Shown here: in pieces, positions 9,753-20,081 of the stretch
Layout: every line of letters begins with the position of its first letter
Position numbering within the stretch: the first letter of the stretch is position 1
Assembly (NCBI GenBank): GCA_963820395.1
Contig: CAWGAE010000010.1
Location: 249,759 to 313,758 of the forward strand
Source of the DNA: an uncultured Actinomycetota bacterium
GTDB taxonomy: Bacteria > Actinomycetota > Actinomycetes > Streptosporangiales > Streptosporangiaceae
Length of the DNA: 64,000 nt
Direction: 5' to 3'
The notes under the pieces: model-generated
What the model was told of the DNA's origin: nothing
What the model saw: only the letters and a program-made list of their open reading frames with translations
The model's database searches: none
Made by a program: the position numbers and the translations under genes

Positions 9753-11489
9753 ATGTCGGTCTCGGTAAGAATGCCCCAGCTAGGCGAGAGCGTCACGGAG
9801 GGTACCGTCACGCGCTGGCTGAAGAAGGAGGGCGACCTCGTCAACGCGGACGAACCGTTGCTCGAGGTCTCGACTGACAAGGTTGACACAGAGATACCTT
9901 CCCCGGCCTCGGGCGTGCTGCGAGCGATCAGCGTCGCTGAGGAAGAGACGGTCGAAGTCGGCGCCGAGCTCGCAGTAATCGATGAGGAAGGCACCCGGCC
10001 TTCCGACGCACCGGCCCGGCATCATTCCGCCGCGCACGCTCAGCGGGAGCAATATCCACGGACGACCGCGGTTTCGCCACTTGCCGATGTGCCGACCGCG
10101 AAAGAGCAGCCGGCACGGGGACAGCCCGCGCAGGGGCAGCCCGCACAGGGACATCCCGCACAGGCGCAGCCCGACTGGGCGTCGCTCGCCGACACACCGC
10201 CTTCGGCCTGGCCAGCGGAGTCGCCGTCGGCAGGTGACTCGCGGATGGCCGGCCCTGCAAGCCCGGCCGCTGGCGCTGACAGCCAAGCGAGCGCCCCGCC
10301 AGGGCCCCGCGCGGCCGGGACACCTCCAGCTGCCCCACCGCCATCTCCATCAGCGCAGCAGCAGTACGCTCCGCCGACGCCACTGCCGGCGGGCGAGGGT
10401 CCCTACATCACACCGCTGGTGCGCAAGCTCGCGATCGAGCACGGCGTCGACCTTGGATCGGTTGAAGGTTCCGGCGTTGGCGGCCGGATCCGCAAGCAGG
10501 ACGTGGTCGAGGCGGCCCGTGCAATGCGCCCCCCGCAGGCGGCAACGCCGGCGAGCCCGCCGGCGCCTGGCTCACCCGCGCCAGTCGGCGCCGCTCCCCC
10601 GCCCGACGCCATGTCCGCCACGGCCCCGTCCGTTGCCGGCCCGGCGGGCACGGCGCCCGCCGCACCCGCGCCGCGGCGCGCCGCGCCGCCGCCCGTCACG
10701 GCACCGGCCGCGCCGGCATCCCCCGAAACCGCATCGGAGCCGCGGCCGACGATCGAGCCGTCGCCCCTTCGGGGCAGGACCGAGCAGATGTCGCGACTGC
10801 GCCAGGTGATCGCGCAGCGGATGGTCGACTCACTGCACACGTCCGCGCAGCTCACCACCGTGGTCGAGGCGGATGTGACGAAGATCGCCCGGTTGCGCCA
10901 GCGGGCAATGACCGACTTCGAGAGGCGCGAAGGGGTCCGGCTCTCATTCCTGCCGTTCTTCACCCTCGCCACGCTCGAAGCGCTCAAGATGCACCCCAAG
11001 CTCAACGCGCTCGTCGACACCGAGAAGGGCGAGGTCACCTACTACGACGTGGAACACCTGGGCATCGCGGTCGACACCGACCGCGGTCTGCTCGTACCGG
11101 TGATTCGCAATGCCGGTGACCTCAACATCGGCGGGCTGGCCCGAAAGATCGACGATCTCGCCCGGCGCACCCGGTCCGGCCAGGTCTCACCGGACGAACT
11201 GAGCGGCGGTACGTTCACGCTCACCAATACGGGCAGCCGTGGCGCGATCTTCGACACACCCATTATCAACCAACCCCAGGTCGCGATCCTGGGCACCGGC
11301 GCGGTCGTGAAGCGCCCCGTCGTGCTTGACGACCCTCAACTCGGCGAGGTGATCGCCGTACGCTGTGTAGCCTATCTGGCCCTCACCTACGACCACCGGC
11401 TCGTCGACGGCGCCGACGCGGCCCGGTTCCTCACGACGGTGAAGACCCGGCTGGAGGAGGGTACGTTCGACGCCGAACTCGGGCTCTGA
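9753..11489 (+). CDS. sucB: dihydrolipoyllysine-residue succinyl/acyl-transferase (E2 of the 2-oxoacid dehydrogenase complex)
   Basis: Contains a lipoyl domain (LLEVSTDKVDTEIPSP), Pro/Ala-rich linkers, an E3-binding domain (ITPLVRKLAIEHGVDL) and a catalytic domain (LTYDHRLVDGADA). Confidence 0.9.
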   Translation: MSVSVRMPQLGESVTEGTVTRWLKKEGDLVNADEPLLEVSTDKVDTEIPSPASGVLRAISVAEEETVEVGAELAVIDEEGTRPSDAPARHHSAAHAQREQYPRTTAVSPLADVPTAKEQPARGQPAQGQPAQGHPAQAQPDWASLADTPPSAWPAESPSAGDSRMAGPASPAAGADSQASAPPGPRAAGTPPAAPPPSPSAQQQYAPPTPLPAGEGPYITPLVRKLAIEHGVDLGSVEGSGVGGRIRKQDVVEAARAMRPPQAATPASPPAPGSPAPVGAAPPPDAMSATAPSVAGPAGTAPAAPAPRRAAPPPVTAPAAPASPETASEPRPTIEPSPLRGRTEQMSRLRQVIAQRMVDSLHTSAQLTTVVEADVTKIARLRQRAMTDFERREGVRLSFLPFFTLATLEALKMHPKLNALVDTEKGEVTYYDVEHLGIAVDTDRGLLVPVIRNAGDLNIGGLARKIDDLARRTRSGQVSPDELSGGTFTLTNTGSRGAIFDTPIINQPQVAILGTGAVVKRPVVLDDPQLGEVIAVRCVAYLALTYDHRLVDGADAARFLTTVKTRLEEGTFDAELGL

Positions 11490-11521
11490 TGCACTAGCGC
11501 AATTACGGGGGAGGCGCACTG

Positions 11522-12442
11522 GTGAGGATCGCGATTACCGGCTCGTCAGGGCTGATCGGCACGGCCCTGACCGGCCACCTGCGGGGCCGCGGGCACGAGG
11601 TGATAAAGCTGGTACGGCGGCCAGCGGGCGCTGTAGACGAGGTCCAGTGGAACTCGAGCCCCGCCGCCGGGGGTAAGGTCGCGGACGCCCGGCAAACCCT
11701 CGCCGCCCTTGAGGGCATTGACGCCGCGGTGCACCTAGCCGGCGCGCCGATCGCCAGCCGCCGCTGGACGGCGGCGAGAAAGCAGGAGATCCGTGCGAGC
11801 AGGGTCGATGGCACGCGGGCGCTCGCCGCGCTGCTCGCGGCTCTGCGGCAATCCCCGGCCGTGCTGCTGTCCGGCTCAGCGATCGGCTGGTACGGCGATA
11901 CAGGCGATCGCGCCGTGGCCGAATCCGCACCCGCGGGCAGCGGATTTCTGTCCGGCGTCGTTCGGGACTGGGAGGCTGCGACCGGTGCGGCGGTGCAAGC
12001 GGGGATCCGGGTCGTAAACCTGCGGACTGGCATCGTTCTCTCCAAAGACGGCGGGATACTCGGCAGGCTGGTGCCGTTGTTCCGGCTCGGGCTCGGCGCC
12101 AGGCTCGGGCCGGGCACCCAATACATGAGCTGGATCGCGATGGCCGATGTGATCGGCGCGATCAGCTTCTTGCTTGAAAGGGCGGACATCGTCGGCCCGG
12201 TCAACCTCACGACGCCGAATCCGGCGACGAACGCGACGTTCACCTCGGCACTCGCCGCCGCGCTGGGCCGCCCGGCAGTCCTGCGCGCCCCCTCCCCCGT
12301 CCTAGGGCTCGCGCTCGGCGAGGCGGCGGGCGAGCTGCTGACGAGCGCCCGGGTCCTGCCAGGGCGGCTGGCCGACGCCGGTTACGAGTTCAGGTACGCC
12401 GACATCGGCGGCGCGCTTACCGGCGAGCTCCGGCCGGGCTGA
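11522..12442 (+). CDS. TIGR01777-type NAD-dependent epimerase/dehydratase family protein (SDR with C-terminal DUF1731)
   Basis: N-terminal ITGSSGLIGTAL Rossmann motif. Same position as the equivalent gene between dlaT and lipB in mycobacteria. Confidence 0.8.
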   Translation: MRIAITGSSGLIGTALTGHLRGRGHEVIKLVRRPAGAVDEVQWNSSPAAGGKVADARQTLAALEGIDAAVHLAGAPIASRRWTAARKQEIRASRVDGTRALAALLAALRQSPAVLLSGSAIGWYGDTGDRAVAESAPAGSGFLSGVVRDWEAATGAAVQAGIRVVNLRTGIVLSKDGGILGRLVPLFRLGLGARLGPGTQYMSWIAMADVIGAISFLLERADIVGPVNLTTPNPATNATFTSALAAALGRPAVLRAPSPVLGLALGEAAGELLTSARVLPGRLADAGYEFRYADIGGALTGELRPG

Positions 12443-12493
12443 GCTGCCGAGCCTGCGCCATGATCGCGGTGATCACTGAGCCGATGACGGCGA

Positions 12494-12523
12494 CCGTTCG
12501 ATCGGCCGTGGCCGATCGAACGG
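12494..12523 (+). terminator. perfect 14-bp-arm palindrome downstream of the TIGR01777 gene (possible factor-independent terminator; no U-tract)
   Basis: CCGTTCGATCGGCC-GT-GGCCGATCGAACGG read directly from the sequence. Confidence 0.3.
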
Positions 12524-12801
12524 GGACCTGCGCGGCGGCCAACGTCAGCTCGGCGGTGACGTCCAGGACGTACCTGCGGACTGCGCTACCGGAGAAGGTT
12601 CAGTGAACTCGTCCGGCACGCCGGGCGGTGGCTCCTTCGGTGCGCCGGCCCATGGCGGCCGGTCGCTCAGCGCCGCGCCATCTTGGCCGCTCAGCGCCGC
12701 GCCATCTTGGCCGGACGTGATTGCCGACAGAGGTTTTCTGTCACCGCGCAGAGCGGCACGGGTGCGGCGATCGGGCCGCTCCGCAAAGCTAGGCTTGACA
12801 T

Positions 12802-13824
12802 GTGGAAACCGCCGCAGACATCGTCTTTGCACAGCTTGGCATCGGTTCGCGGGCGGTTCCCTACCTGGATGGCTGGGGACTGCAGCGGCGGCTGCACCAG
12901 CAGCGGGTGAACAATGAGATCCCGGACAGCTGCCTGCTGCTCGAGCACGAGCCTGTGTACACCGCGGGCAAGCGCACCGGAGCCCTCGACCGCCCCATCG
13001 GCGACCCCGGCGCACCGGTTATAGACGTTGACCGGGGCGGGAAGATTACCTGGCACGGGCCTGGCCAGCTCGTCGGCTACCCGATCATCAGGCTGCCCGA
13101 TCCGATCGACGTAGTCGCATACGTGCGAGCCATCGAGGAGGGCCTGATCCGGGCGTGCGCCGACGTCGGCGTGGTGACCGGGCGGGTGAAGGGACGCAGC
13201 GGCGTCTGGGTCACCAGCGGGACTTCGCCTACCGGGACTTCTGTGCCACATATAGCCATTGGGGCTGGCGACGTCCACGCGCCTCACGGGCTCCACGCGA
13301 CTGATGGGGCGGCTGTGGTCCACGAGTCGGCTGTGGCCGGTGTCCCCGGCGCAGCCGGTGGGGCCACCGGGACCGCCCCGGTCAGCTGGCTCGCTGCGGC
13401 CCACGGGTCCGGTGTGGCCGGCGCGGCCGCTGCGGCACACGGGTCCGGTGTGCCCGGCGCGGCCGCTGCGGCCCACAGGTCCGGTGTGCCCGGCGCGGCC
13501 GCTGCGGCCCGCGGCACGGCGGGGCCCGACAGGAAAGTCGCAGCGATCGGAGTCAGGGTCGCGCGCGGTGTCACCATGCACGGCTTCGCCGTCAACTGCG
13601 ACTGCGACCTTTCGTGGTTTGACCGCATCGTGCCCTGCGGTATCCGTGACGCGCAGGTGACCACGCTGTCCGCGGAGGCGGGGCACACGATCAGCGTTAC
13701 CGACATGATCCCGGTCGTCCAGCGGCATCTGGCGGACGCGCTCGGCGCCACGGGCTCGCGCGGCGTACATGGCGCGGGCGCGCTACTGGCGCGGACGCTA
13801 GCCGTAGCGCCGGAAGCCAACTAG
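12802..13824 (+). CDS. lipB: lipoyl(octanoyl) transferase carrying an insertion of about 95 aa
   Basis: [32 protein letters not shown] and [30 protein letters not shown] start. See the repeat feature and the finding. Confidence 0.85.
   Translation: METAADIVFAQLGIGSRAVPYLDGWGLQRRLHQQRVNNEIPDSCLLLEHEPVYTAGKRTGALDRPIGDPGAPVIDVDRGGKITWHGPGQLVGYPIIRLPDPIDVVAYVRAIEEGLIRACADVGVVTGRVKGRSGVWVTSGTSPTGTSVPHIAIGAGDVHAPHGLHATDGAAVVHESAVAGVPGAAGGATGTAPVSWLAAAHGSGVAGAAAAAHGSGVPGAAAAAHRSGVPGAAAAARGTAGPDRKVAAIGVRVARGVTMHGFAVNCDCDLSWFDRIVPCGIRDAQVTTLSAEAGHTISVTDMIPVVQRHLADALGATGSRGVHGAGALLARTLAVAPEAN
13393..13515 (+). repeat. 36-bp in-frame tandem repeat, 3.4 copies, inside lipB
   Basis: The unit GCTGCGGCCCACGGGTCCGGTGTGGCCGGCGCGGCC starts at 13393, 13429, 13465 and (partial) 13501. 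It encodes AAAHGSGV(A/P)GAA. Confidence 0.9.
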
Positions 13825-14081
13825 GCGGAAGCCACAGCCCGGGCGTTCCCGCATCCCGGTGCGGATCCTTGTCACCTCGCAGGTGCCAGTCAGTCCGTCA
13901 CCGAATGTGAGCCGCCGCCCGCCGACCTTGTGGTTCAGGCCGCGATCACGTCCCGCCGGAGCTTCGGGCACGTGAGCAAGTCGCGCCACGCTTAGCCGTC
14001 AGGGATAAATCTTGCCCTTCCCGTCCAGCGTGATGCGGCGCCGCGAGCCGGGCTGGCCGCGTGACGACATAATCTGATGTT

Positions 14082-15077
14082 GTGGTTGTCGCACCCGAGG
14101 GACGTCGGCTGCTCCGGCTGGAAGCAAGGAACAGCCAGACTCCGATCGAGAAGAAGCCGCCGTGGATAAAGACGCGGCTGCGCACGGGCCCGGCATACAT
14201 GGCGATGAAGGACCTGGTCCACCGCGAGGGCCTGCACACTGTGTGCGAGGAGGCCGGCTGCCCGAACATCTTCGAATGCTGGGAGGACCGCGAGGCAACC
14301 TTCCTGATCGGCGGGGACCAGTGCACCAGGCGCTGCGACTTCTGCCAGATCGCCACCGGCAAGCCCGCGCCGCTAGACACGCGCGAGCCGCGCAGGGTCG
14401 CGGAATCGGTCAAGTCGATGGGGTTGCGGTACGCCACCGTAACAGGCGTCGCCCGCGACGACCTGCCAGACGGGGGCGCCTGGCTCTATGCGGAGACCTG
14501 CCGGCAGATCCACGCCACCGCGGCGGGCTGCGGCGTCGAGCTTCTTATTCCTGATTTCAATGCACATCCCGAACGGCTGGCGCACGTTTTCTCCGCGCGT
14601 CCAGAGGTTCTCGCCCACAACGTCGAAACCGTTCCGCGCATCTTCAAGCGGATCCGCCCGGCATTCCGCTATGACCGTTCACTCGAGGTGGTGAGCCGCG
14701 CCCGCGGCGCCGGTCTCGTCACGAAATCGAACCTGATCCTTGGCCTGGGCGAGGAACCGCACGAGATCAGCCAGGCAATGGCGGACCTCAGGGCGGCCGG
14801 TTGCGACCTGCTGACCATTACCCAGTACCTGCGGCCATCGCTGCGGCATCACCCGGTGGAGCGGTGGTTGACCCCTGAGGAGTTCGCCGGGCTGCACGAG
14901 GAGGCGCTCGCGCTCGGGTTCGCCGGGGTAATGTCCGGGCCACTCGTACGATCCTCCTACCGCGCAGGGCGGCTGTTCCAGCAGGCCATCGCGCACCGCG
15001 GTAGCCGGGGCGCCGCGCATCGCCGCGATGCCGCCGTCGCATCGCCGCCAAGTCCGGCCGACGCCGTTTCCTCCTGA
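14082..15077 (+). CDS. lipA: lipoyl synthase (radical SAM)
   Basis: Both cluster motifs are present: [12 protein letters not shown] and CTRRCDFC. Confidence 0.92.
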   Translation: MVVAPEGRRLLRLEARNSQTPIEKKPPWIKTRLRTGPAYMAMKDLVHREGLHTVCEEAGCPNIFECWEDREATFLIGGDQCTRRCDFCQIATGKPAPLDTREPRRVAESVKSMGLRYATVTGVARDDLPDGGAWLYAETCRQIHATAAGCGVELLIPDFNAHPERLAHVFSARPEVLAHNVETVPRIFKRIRPAFRYDRSLEVVSRARGAGLVTKSNLILGLGEEPHEISQAMADLRAAGCDLLTITQYLRPSLRHHPVERWLTPEEFAGLHEEALALGFAGVMSGPLVRSSYRAGRLFQQAIAHRGSRGAAHRRDAAVASPPSPADAVSS

Positions 15078-15104
15078 CGCCGCCGGCCTCGTATCCTGCC
15101 GTGC

Positions 15105-15824
15105 ATGGCGAAGAAGCCCGCTGATGCCAGCAAACGTAAGAGCGCAAGGAACGACCAGGCGAAGCCGAGCCGGATCGCGCAGATCCGGATGGTTGCGAAG
15201 ATCGTCAGGGAGGCCAACCCGCGGGCCTTGCCGATCATGGCGCTCGCCGCGGTTGGCATCATCGCGGTATTCGTCGTCGTCGGCCTGCTGACCGGTCTCG
15301 CCGCCTTCCTCATCCCGCTTGGCGTGCTCTGCGGCGTGCTCGCCGCGGTGATCCTCTTCGGGCGCTTCGCGCAATCGGCGCAGTTCGCGCAAATCGAGGG
15401 GCAGCCCGGCGCTGCCGCCGCCGTGCTGCAGACCCTCCGCGGCGACTGGACGGTCACCCCGGCCGTGACTGGCAACAGGAACATGGACGTGGTACACCGC
15501 GTGGTCGGCCGGCCCGGCGTCGTGCTGGTCGGCGAGGGGAACCCCGGCGGGTTGTCGAGCCTGCTGGCCGCAGAGAAGAAGCGCATCTCGCGGGTGGCCC
15601 ACGACGTGCCGATCTACGACATCCAGGTGGGCAACGCAGAAGGCCAATTGCCGATCAGGAAGCTGCATACGCGCGTGATGAAGCTGCCGCGCAACCTCAA
15701 GGGCGGCCAGGTGTCAGAGCTGAACTTCCGGCTCAAGGCGTTGCCGCAGACGATGCAGGTGCCGCGCGGCCCGCTGCCCAAGGGCACCAGGCTGCCGAAA
15801 GGGCCCAAGCCCAGGATTCGCTGA
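15105..15824 (+). CDS. DUF4191 membrane protein
   Basis: Lys/Arg-rich N-terminus followed by two TM helices. Conserved position after lipA, as with Rv2219 in mycobacteria. Confidence 0.75.
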   Translation: MAKKPADASKRKSARNDQAKPSRIAQIRMVAKIVREANPRALPIMALAAVGIIAVFVVVGLLTGLAAFLIPLGVLCGVLAAVILFGRFAQSAQFAQIEGQPGAAAAVLQTLRGDWTVTPAVTGNRNMDVVHRVVGRPGVVLVGEGNPGGLSSLLAAEKKRISRVAHDVPIYDIQVGNAEGQLPIRKLHTRVMKLPRNLKGGQVSELNFRLKALPQTMQVPRGPLPKGTRLPKGPKPRIR

Positions 15825-16195
15825 CACCCAGATCCGCTCACCCCCGGATCCGCTGACGTTGGGCCTGCGGCCGCCACCCGAGGCGCTGCCGCTCATCGAA
15901 AAGCTAGGGACGACATCCGGCGATTTTGCTGGTCTGGCGACGAGGCCGCTGTGACCCGCAGGCGCTGTGCCGTCGACCGCCATGCCGTCAGCCGCGGTGG
16001 CACAGCGCAGGGCACGGCGACGCGGAAACCGGGGGATTGCCTGCGTGCGCGCCGCACATGGCGGCTTCGAACCGTGCGGGGCGGCGGCGCCCTGGCCGAT
16101 GATCGGTCCCGGCGCGGGTTGCGGTTGGCGGCTGAGCCAGACCACGGATGCACCAGACATGCCAGGTCGAGAGTCTGCCCCGGGGCTCCGGGCGG

Positions 16196-16633
16196 TCAGG
16201 CCTTAATCACCACCGTGTTCGCGGCGCGATCGTGTAGCCCGCGCCTGTCCACGTCGATGATGGCCGCAGGGACTACCGCAAGCAGCAGGATCGTCCGGAC
16301 CAATGCCCAGACGAAGCCGATCGGCCGGCCATCAAGCCGCTCGACCCGCAGCCCGAGCAGTCGCTTGCCCACCGTAAACCCGGTGAGCGCCGTGAGCAGG
16401 TAGGCCTCCGCCGCGAAGATCGCAATCGTCCACGTTTGCGAATGCAGTACGGCGATCGCGATGACGCTGCACAGCGCCCAGTCGATGAAGAGTGCCGCGA
16501 GCCGGGGACCATATCCCGCGGCTGCGCCCGCACCGCGTTCCGGTAGCCCGAGCCGCTCACCCGGGTAGCTGCTTCCGGCCCCGGACGGGCGCACACCCAT
16601 CAGCCAGGATCCGGTCCAACGTCGTTCCGGCAC
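16196..16633 (-). CDS. RDD family membrane protein
   Basis: 145-aa ORF (YGPRLAALFIDWALC..., C-terminal RRGLHDRAANTVV). Conserved position upstream of glnA. Confidence 0.75.
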   Translation of the reverse strand: MPERRWTGSWLMGVRPSGAGSSYPGERLGLPERGAGAAAGYGPRLAALFIDWALCSVIAIAVLHSQTWTIAIFAAEAYLLTALTGFTVGKRLLGLRVERLDGRPIGFVWALVRTILLLAVVPAAIIDVDRRGLHDRAANTVVIKA

Positions 16634-16723
16634 GCCCCCACGCTATCCGAGCGCCGACGGCCCGCTGCCGGCGGCGGGCAGCATTTCCCAGGTCACGACC
16701 GCGCCAAATCGTGGCCTCCTTCC

Positions 16724-16761
16724 GTAACACATGTGAAACACTCGAGACACGGCGGGGAAAC
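16724..16761 (+). promoter_or_regulatory. double GlnR box upstream of glnA
   Basis: GTAAC-n6-GAAAC-n6-GACAC-n6-GAAAC read directly. It matches the published gTnAc-n6-GaAAc a/b-site architecture and lies 75-112 nt upstream of the glnA start. Confidence 0.65.
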
Positions 16762-16835
16762 TCCGAACGCCTAGCGTCCAAGTCGCGGCACCACGCACGG
16801 GCAAACAGCAGCGGGGCATTTTTGAGGGAGGGCGG

Positions 16836-18260
16836 ATGTTCACTAGCGCCGACGAGGTACTTGAGTTCATCTCGATCGAGCATGTGCAGTTCATCGATGT
16901 CAGGTTCTGCGACCTGCCCGGGATCATGCAACACTTCACCGTACCGACCGAGTCGTTCGACCGTAAAGTCTTCACCGACGGCCTGATGTTCGACGGTTCG
17001 TCGATCCGCGGCTTCCAGCAGATTCATGAGTCCGACATGCTGCTGCTGCCCGACGTCTCGACCGCGTACCTCGACCCGTTCCGCGAGCACAAGACGCTGA
17101 ACCTCACCTTCTTCGTGCATGACCCGCTGACCAGCGAGCCCTACAGCCGCGACCCGCGAAACATCGCCCGTAAGGCCGAGGACTACCTGCGCGGCAGCGG
17201 GATTGCCGACACCGCGTACCTCGGTCCCGAGGCAGAGTTCTACATCTTCGACTCCGCGAGGTTCGATACCAGTGCGGCCTCGGGCTACTACTTTATCGAC
17301 TCAATCGAAGGCGCATGGAACACCGGACGCGACGAGGGCGGTGCCAACCTTGCGTACAAGCCGCGCTACAAGGGCGGCTACTTCCCGGTGCCCCCGATGG
17401 ACCACTTCACCGACCTGCGCTCCGCGATGGTGCGCAACCTGATCGACTGCGGCGTCGACCCCGAGATGCAGCACCACGAAGTGGGCACCGCGGGCCAAGC
17501 TGAGATCAACATTCAGTTCGCCCCGCTGCTCAAAATGGCCGACAAGCTGATGACGTTCAAGTACGTGGTGAAGAACACCGCCCAGCAGCGCGGCAAGACG
17601 GTCACGTTCATGCCTAAGCCCATCTTCGGCGACAACGGTTCTGGCATGCACTGCCACCAGAGCCTGTGGAAGGACAGGGCACCTCTGTTCTACGACGAGG
17701 TCGGCTATGCCGGGCTGTCGGACATTGGGCGCTACTACATCGGCGGCCTGCTCAAGCACGCGCCCTCACTGCTGGCCTTCACCAATCCCACGACGAACTC
17801 CTACCACCGGCTCGTGCCAGGCTTCGAGGCGCCGGTCAATCTCGTCTACTCGCAGCGGAACCGGTCGGCGTGCGTCCGCATCCCCATCACGGGCAGCAAC
17901 CCCAAGGCCAAGCGGGCCGAGTTCCGGGTTCCCGACCCCTCCTGCAACCCGTATCTGGCGTTCTCCGCGATGTTGATGGCGGGCATCGACGGGATCAAGA
18001 ACAAGGTCGAGCCAGCAGAGCCGTTGGACAAGGACCTGTACGAGCTGCCGCCGGACGAGGCAAAGGCCGTGCCGCAGGTACCCGGCTCACTTGAGCTGGT
18101 GCTCGACACGCTCGAGGCCGACCATGAGTACCTGCTCGAGGGCGGTGTGTTCACGGCGGACCTGATCGAAACCTGGATCGACTACAAGCGGTCCAACGAG
18201 ATCGACTCGATGCGGCTCCGCCCGCACCCGCACGAGTTCGAGCTGTACTTCGACGTCTAG
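16836..18260 (+). CDS. glnA: glutamine synthetase type I
   Basis: 474-aa GSI with the [15 protein letters not shown] region and the adenylylation-loop context KDLYELPP. Confidence 0.95.
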   Translation: MFTSADEVLEFISIEHVQFIDVRFCDLPGIMQHFTVPTESFDRKVFTDGLMFDGSSIRGFQQIHESDMLLLPDVSTAYLDPFREHKTLNLTFFVHDPLTSEPYSRDPRNIARKAEDYLRGSGIADTAYLGPEAEFYIFDSARFDTSAASGYYFIDSIEGAWNTGRDEGGANLAYKPRYKGGYFPVPPMDHFTDLRSAMVRNLIDCGVDPEMQHHEVGTAGQAEINIQFAPLLKMADKLMTFKYVVKNTAQQRGKTVTFMPKPIFGDNGSGMHCHQSLWKDRAPLFYDEVGYAGLSDIGRYYIGGLLKHAPSLLAFTNPTTNSYHRLVPGFEAPVNLVYSQRNRSACVRIPITGSNPKAKRAEFRVPDPSCNPYLAFSAMLMAGIDGIKNKVEPAEPLDKDLYELPPDEAKAVPQVPGSLELVLDTLEADHEYLLEGGVFTADLIETWIDYKRSNEIDSMRLRPHPHEFELYFDV

Positions 18261-18314
18261 CGCCTCGGCGTAGGCGCCGGCCCGGTCCCGGCACACCACC
18301 ACGATGCCCGGATG

Positions 18315-18760
18315 CTAGCGCACCCAGGCGGCAACGGTCTCGGCCTCCCGGTCCGCCAGCAGGTCATGGCCGCTGCCGGGCTGCTCGCCGACCGCCAGGT
18401 GACACTGTTGGCTTTCGCGGCGGGTTCCCAGTCAGTCATCCATTCCGGCGTGTTCTCACCGGTCCGCGACCGGGCGTACTCGCGCCACGCCGGCGGTGTC
18501 TGCGCGCCGGGGTCAACCGGCTGGCCGGCCCGCCTCGCCGAGCAAATGGGTCCAGGCTCTCGGCACAACCTGCACAAGCACGTAGCCGCCGCCGCCGATG
18601 AGCACCCAGCGCCCTCCCGCGCTCTGGTGCGCCAGCTGGTGCACCGCGGCGTAGGCGACCCGCATCGCATCGACGCTCAGCCCAAGATGGGCGAGCGGGT
18701 CGAGCCGGTGGCCTGCGGGCGTATGCCTTCAGCAGCGATCGCCTGCTCACCGATGTGGCC
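18315..18760 (-). pseudogene. possible degraded alpha/beta-hydrolase-like gene (several frame changes)
   Basis: Own three-frame reading of the minus strand finds pieces in different frames: DDVVGHIGEQAIAAEGIRPQ / GHRLDPLAHLGLSVDAMRVAYAAVHQL...RWVLIGGGGGY / HLAVGEQPGSGHDLLADREAETVAAWVR*. No single long ORF covers them. Confidence 0.3.
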
Positions 18761-18919
18761 GACGACGTCGTCGCCCGCAGGCTCCGGCTGGGATGAACCG
18801 CACCCGCCCGGCCCGCTGCGGCGGAGACAGGCCGCGATTAGAATGGGTGCTACCGCCGGGGCCCCGATCCGGCGCCTGTCTCGCCGTGACGGCCGCCGGG
18901 CTCAGGATGGTGAGTTGAG

Positions 18920-19660
18920 ATGACCCGAGAAGCCGACGTGGTCCGGGTGCTTGTCGAGATGGCCGACACCCTGGTCGAGGACTACGACGTCGTCGACCTG
19001 CTGACCGGGCTCACGGACCGGTGCGTAGACCTGCTCGGCGTGTCCGCCGCCGGAGTGATGCTGGCCTCTCCCAAGGGCAGCCTGGGGCTGGTGGCCTCGT
19101 CCAGTGAGGCGATGCGCCTGCTGGAGCTGTTCGAGCTGCAAGCCAAGGAAGGCCCTTGCCTGGACGCCTTCCGCACCGGCGAGCGCGTCGAACACCAGAA
19201 CCTGCAGGCCGGGTCCGGCCGCTGGCCATCGTTCTCCACGGCCGCCATCGCGGTCGGGTTCCAGTCGGCGTTCGCCCTGCCGCTGCGGCTGCGGAACCTG
19301 ACCATCGGCGCCCTGAACCTGCTCAGCGTCACGCAGACCCCGATGGATGAGGCGGATGTCATCGTCGCCCGGGCCTTCGCGGACCTCGCCACCTTGAGCA
19401 TCGTGCAGCATCGGGCCACCATCGAAGCTCAGCGCCTGAACGAGCAGCTCTCTGATGCCCTGACCAGCCGCGTGGTAATCGAGCAGGCCAAAGGCGTGAT
19501 CTCGGAGCGCGCCGGGGTCGATATGGCCGAGGCCTTCTCCCGGTTGCGGGGCTACGCCCGCAACAGCAACCGCCGCCTCACCGATGTCGCCGAAGCCGCC
19601 GTCGACAGCACCCTCGATCCGCTCGCATGGGCCCCGCGAGCCCGTCCGGCCCCCTCCTGA
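18920..19660 (+). CDS. GAF + ANTAR domain RNA-binding antiterminator-type regulator
   Basis: N-terminal GAF domain. C-terminal ANTAR motif VIEQAKGVISERAGVDMAEAFSRLRGYARNSNRRLTDVA. Confidence 0.85.
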   Translation: MTREADVVRVLVEMADTLVEDYDVVDLLTGLTDRCVDLLGVSAAGVMLASPKGSLGLVASSSEAMRLLELFELQAKEGPCLDAFRTGERVEHQNLQAGSGRWPSFSTAAIAVGFQSAFALPLRLRNLTIGALNLLSVTQTPMDEADVIVARAFADLATLSIVQHRATIEAQRLNEQLSDALTSRVVIEQAKGVISERAGVDMAEAFSRLRGYARNSNRRLTDVAEAAVDSTLDPLAWAPRARPAPS

Positions 19661-19843
19661 CCACCCGAGGTCTGCCTGTCCCCCCATCGAGCAGGGTCCA
19701 GTAGCCGTGGGTGGCGAGGAGAGGGCGGGCCAGGCCGACGGCCAGGGCAGCGGGATGCGGCCGGGCGAGCAGGGCGGCCGGGATGAACAGGAGCTCGAGC
19801 AGACCTACTGCGATGCCAACGTACTCGACCCTGCGGTGGGCGC

Positions 19844-19964
19844 CTAGTGTCCCGCGCCGTAAGTTCGCCGAATATTTCTAGCAGGGACTTCGCCCGATTG
19901 TAAGGTCTTCACCAGTGCTGATGATCTCTGATTTATGTGAACGATTTTAGGCGCGGGACACTAG
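19844..19964. mobile_element. 121-bp MITE (type A, copy 1) with IS630-like termini, bounded by CTAG
   Basis: Terminal inverted repeats CTAGTGTCCCGCGCC...GGCGCGGGACACTAG. Nearly identical in reverse complement to 51637..51757. The first ~23 nt of the end that reads CTAGTGTCCCGCGCCTAAAATC resemble the IS630-element IR at 51754. Confidence 0.75.
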
Positions 19965-20081
19965 TGTCCTGAGTTATTAATCCGCTAGATATATTTGTGG
20001 CTTGCCACCTGGGGTTTCAATTCGTTTGGCCTAGTCTCGTACGTCTGATTTATTCAATGAACCTATAACTCAGGACACTAG
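19961..20081. mobile_element. 121-bp MITE (type B) with IS630-like termini, sharing its left CTAG with MITE A
   Basis: Terminal inverted repeats CTAGTGTCCTGAGTTAT...ATAACTCAGGACACTAG. The subterminal GATATATTTG(T)GGC resembles the IS630-element end GATATATTTGGC. Confidence 0.7.

Noticed and set aside
12418-12595. A minus-strand reading ...FSGSAVRRYVLDVTAELTLAAAQVPVRSATADRTVAVIGSVITAIMAQARQL... resembles an anti-sigma-antagonist (STAS) like fragment.
   Set aside because: It has no usable start codon, it overlaps the 3' end of the TIGR01777 gene in antisense, and the resemblance is too short and generic.
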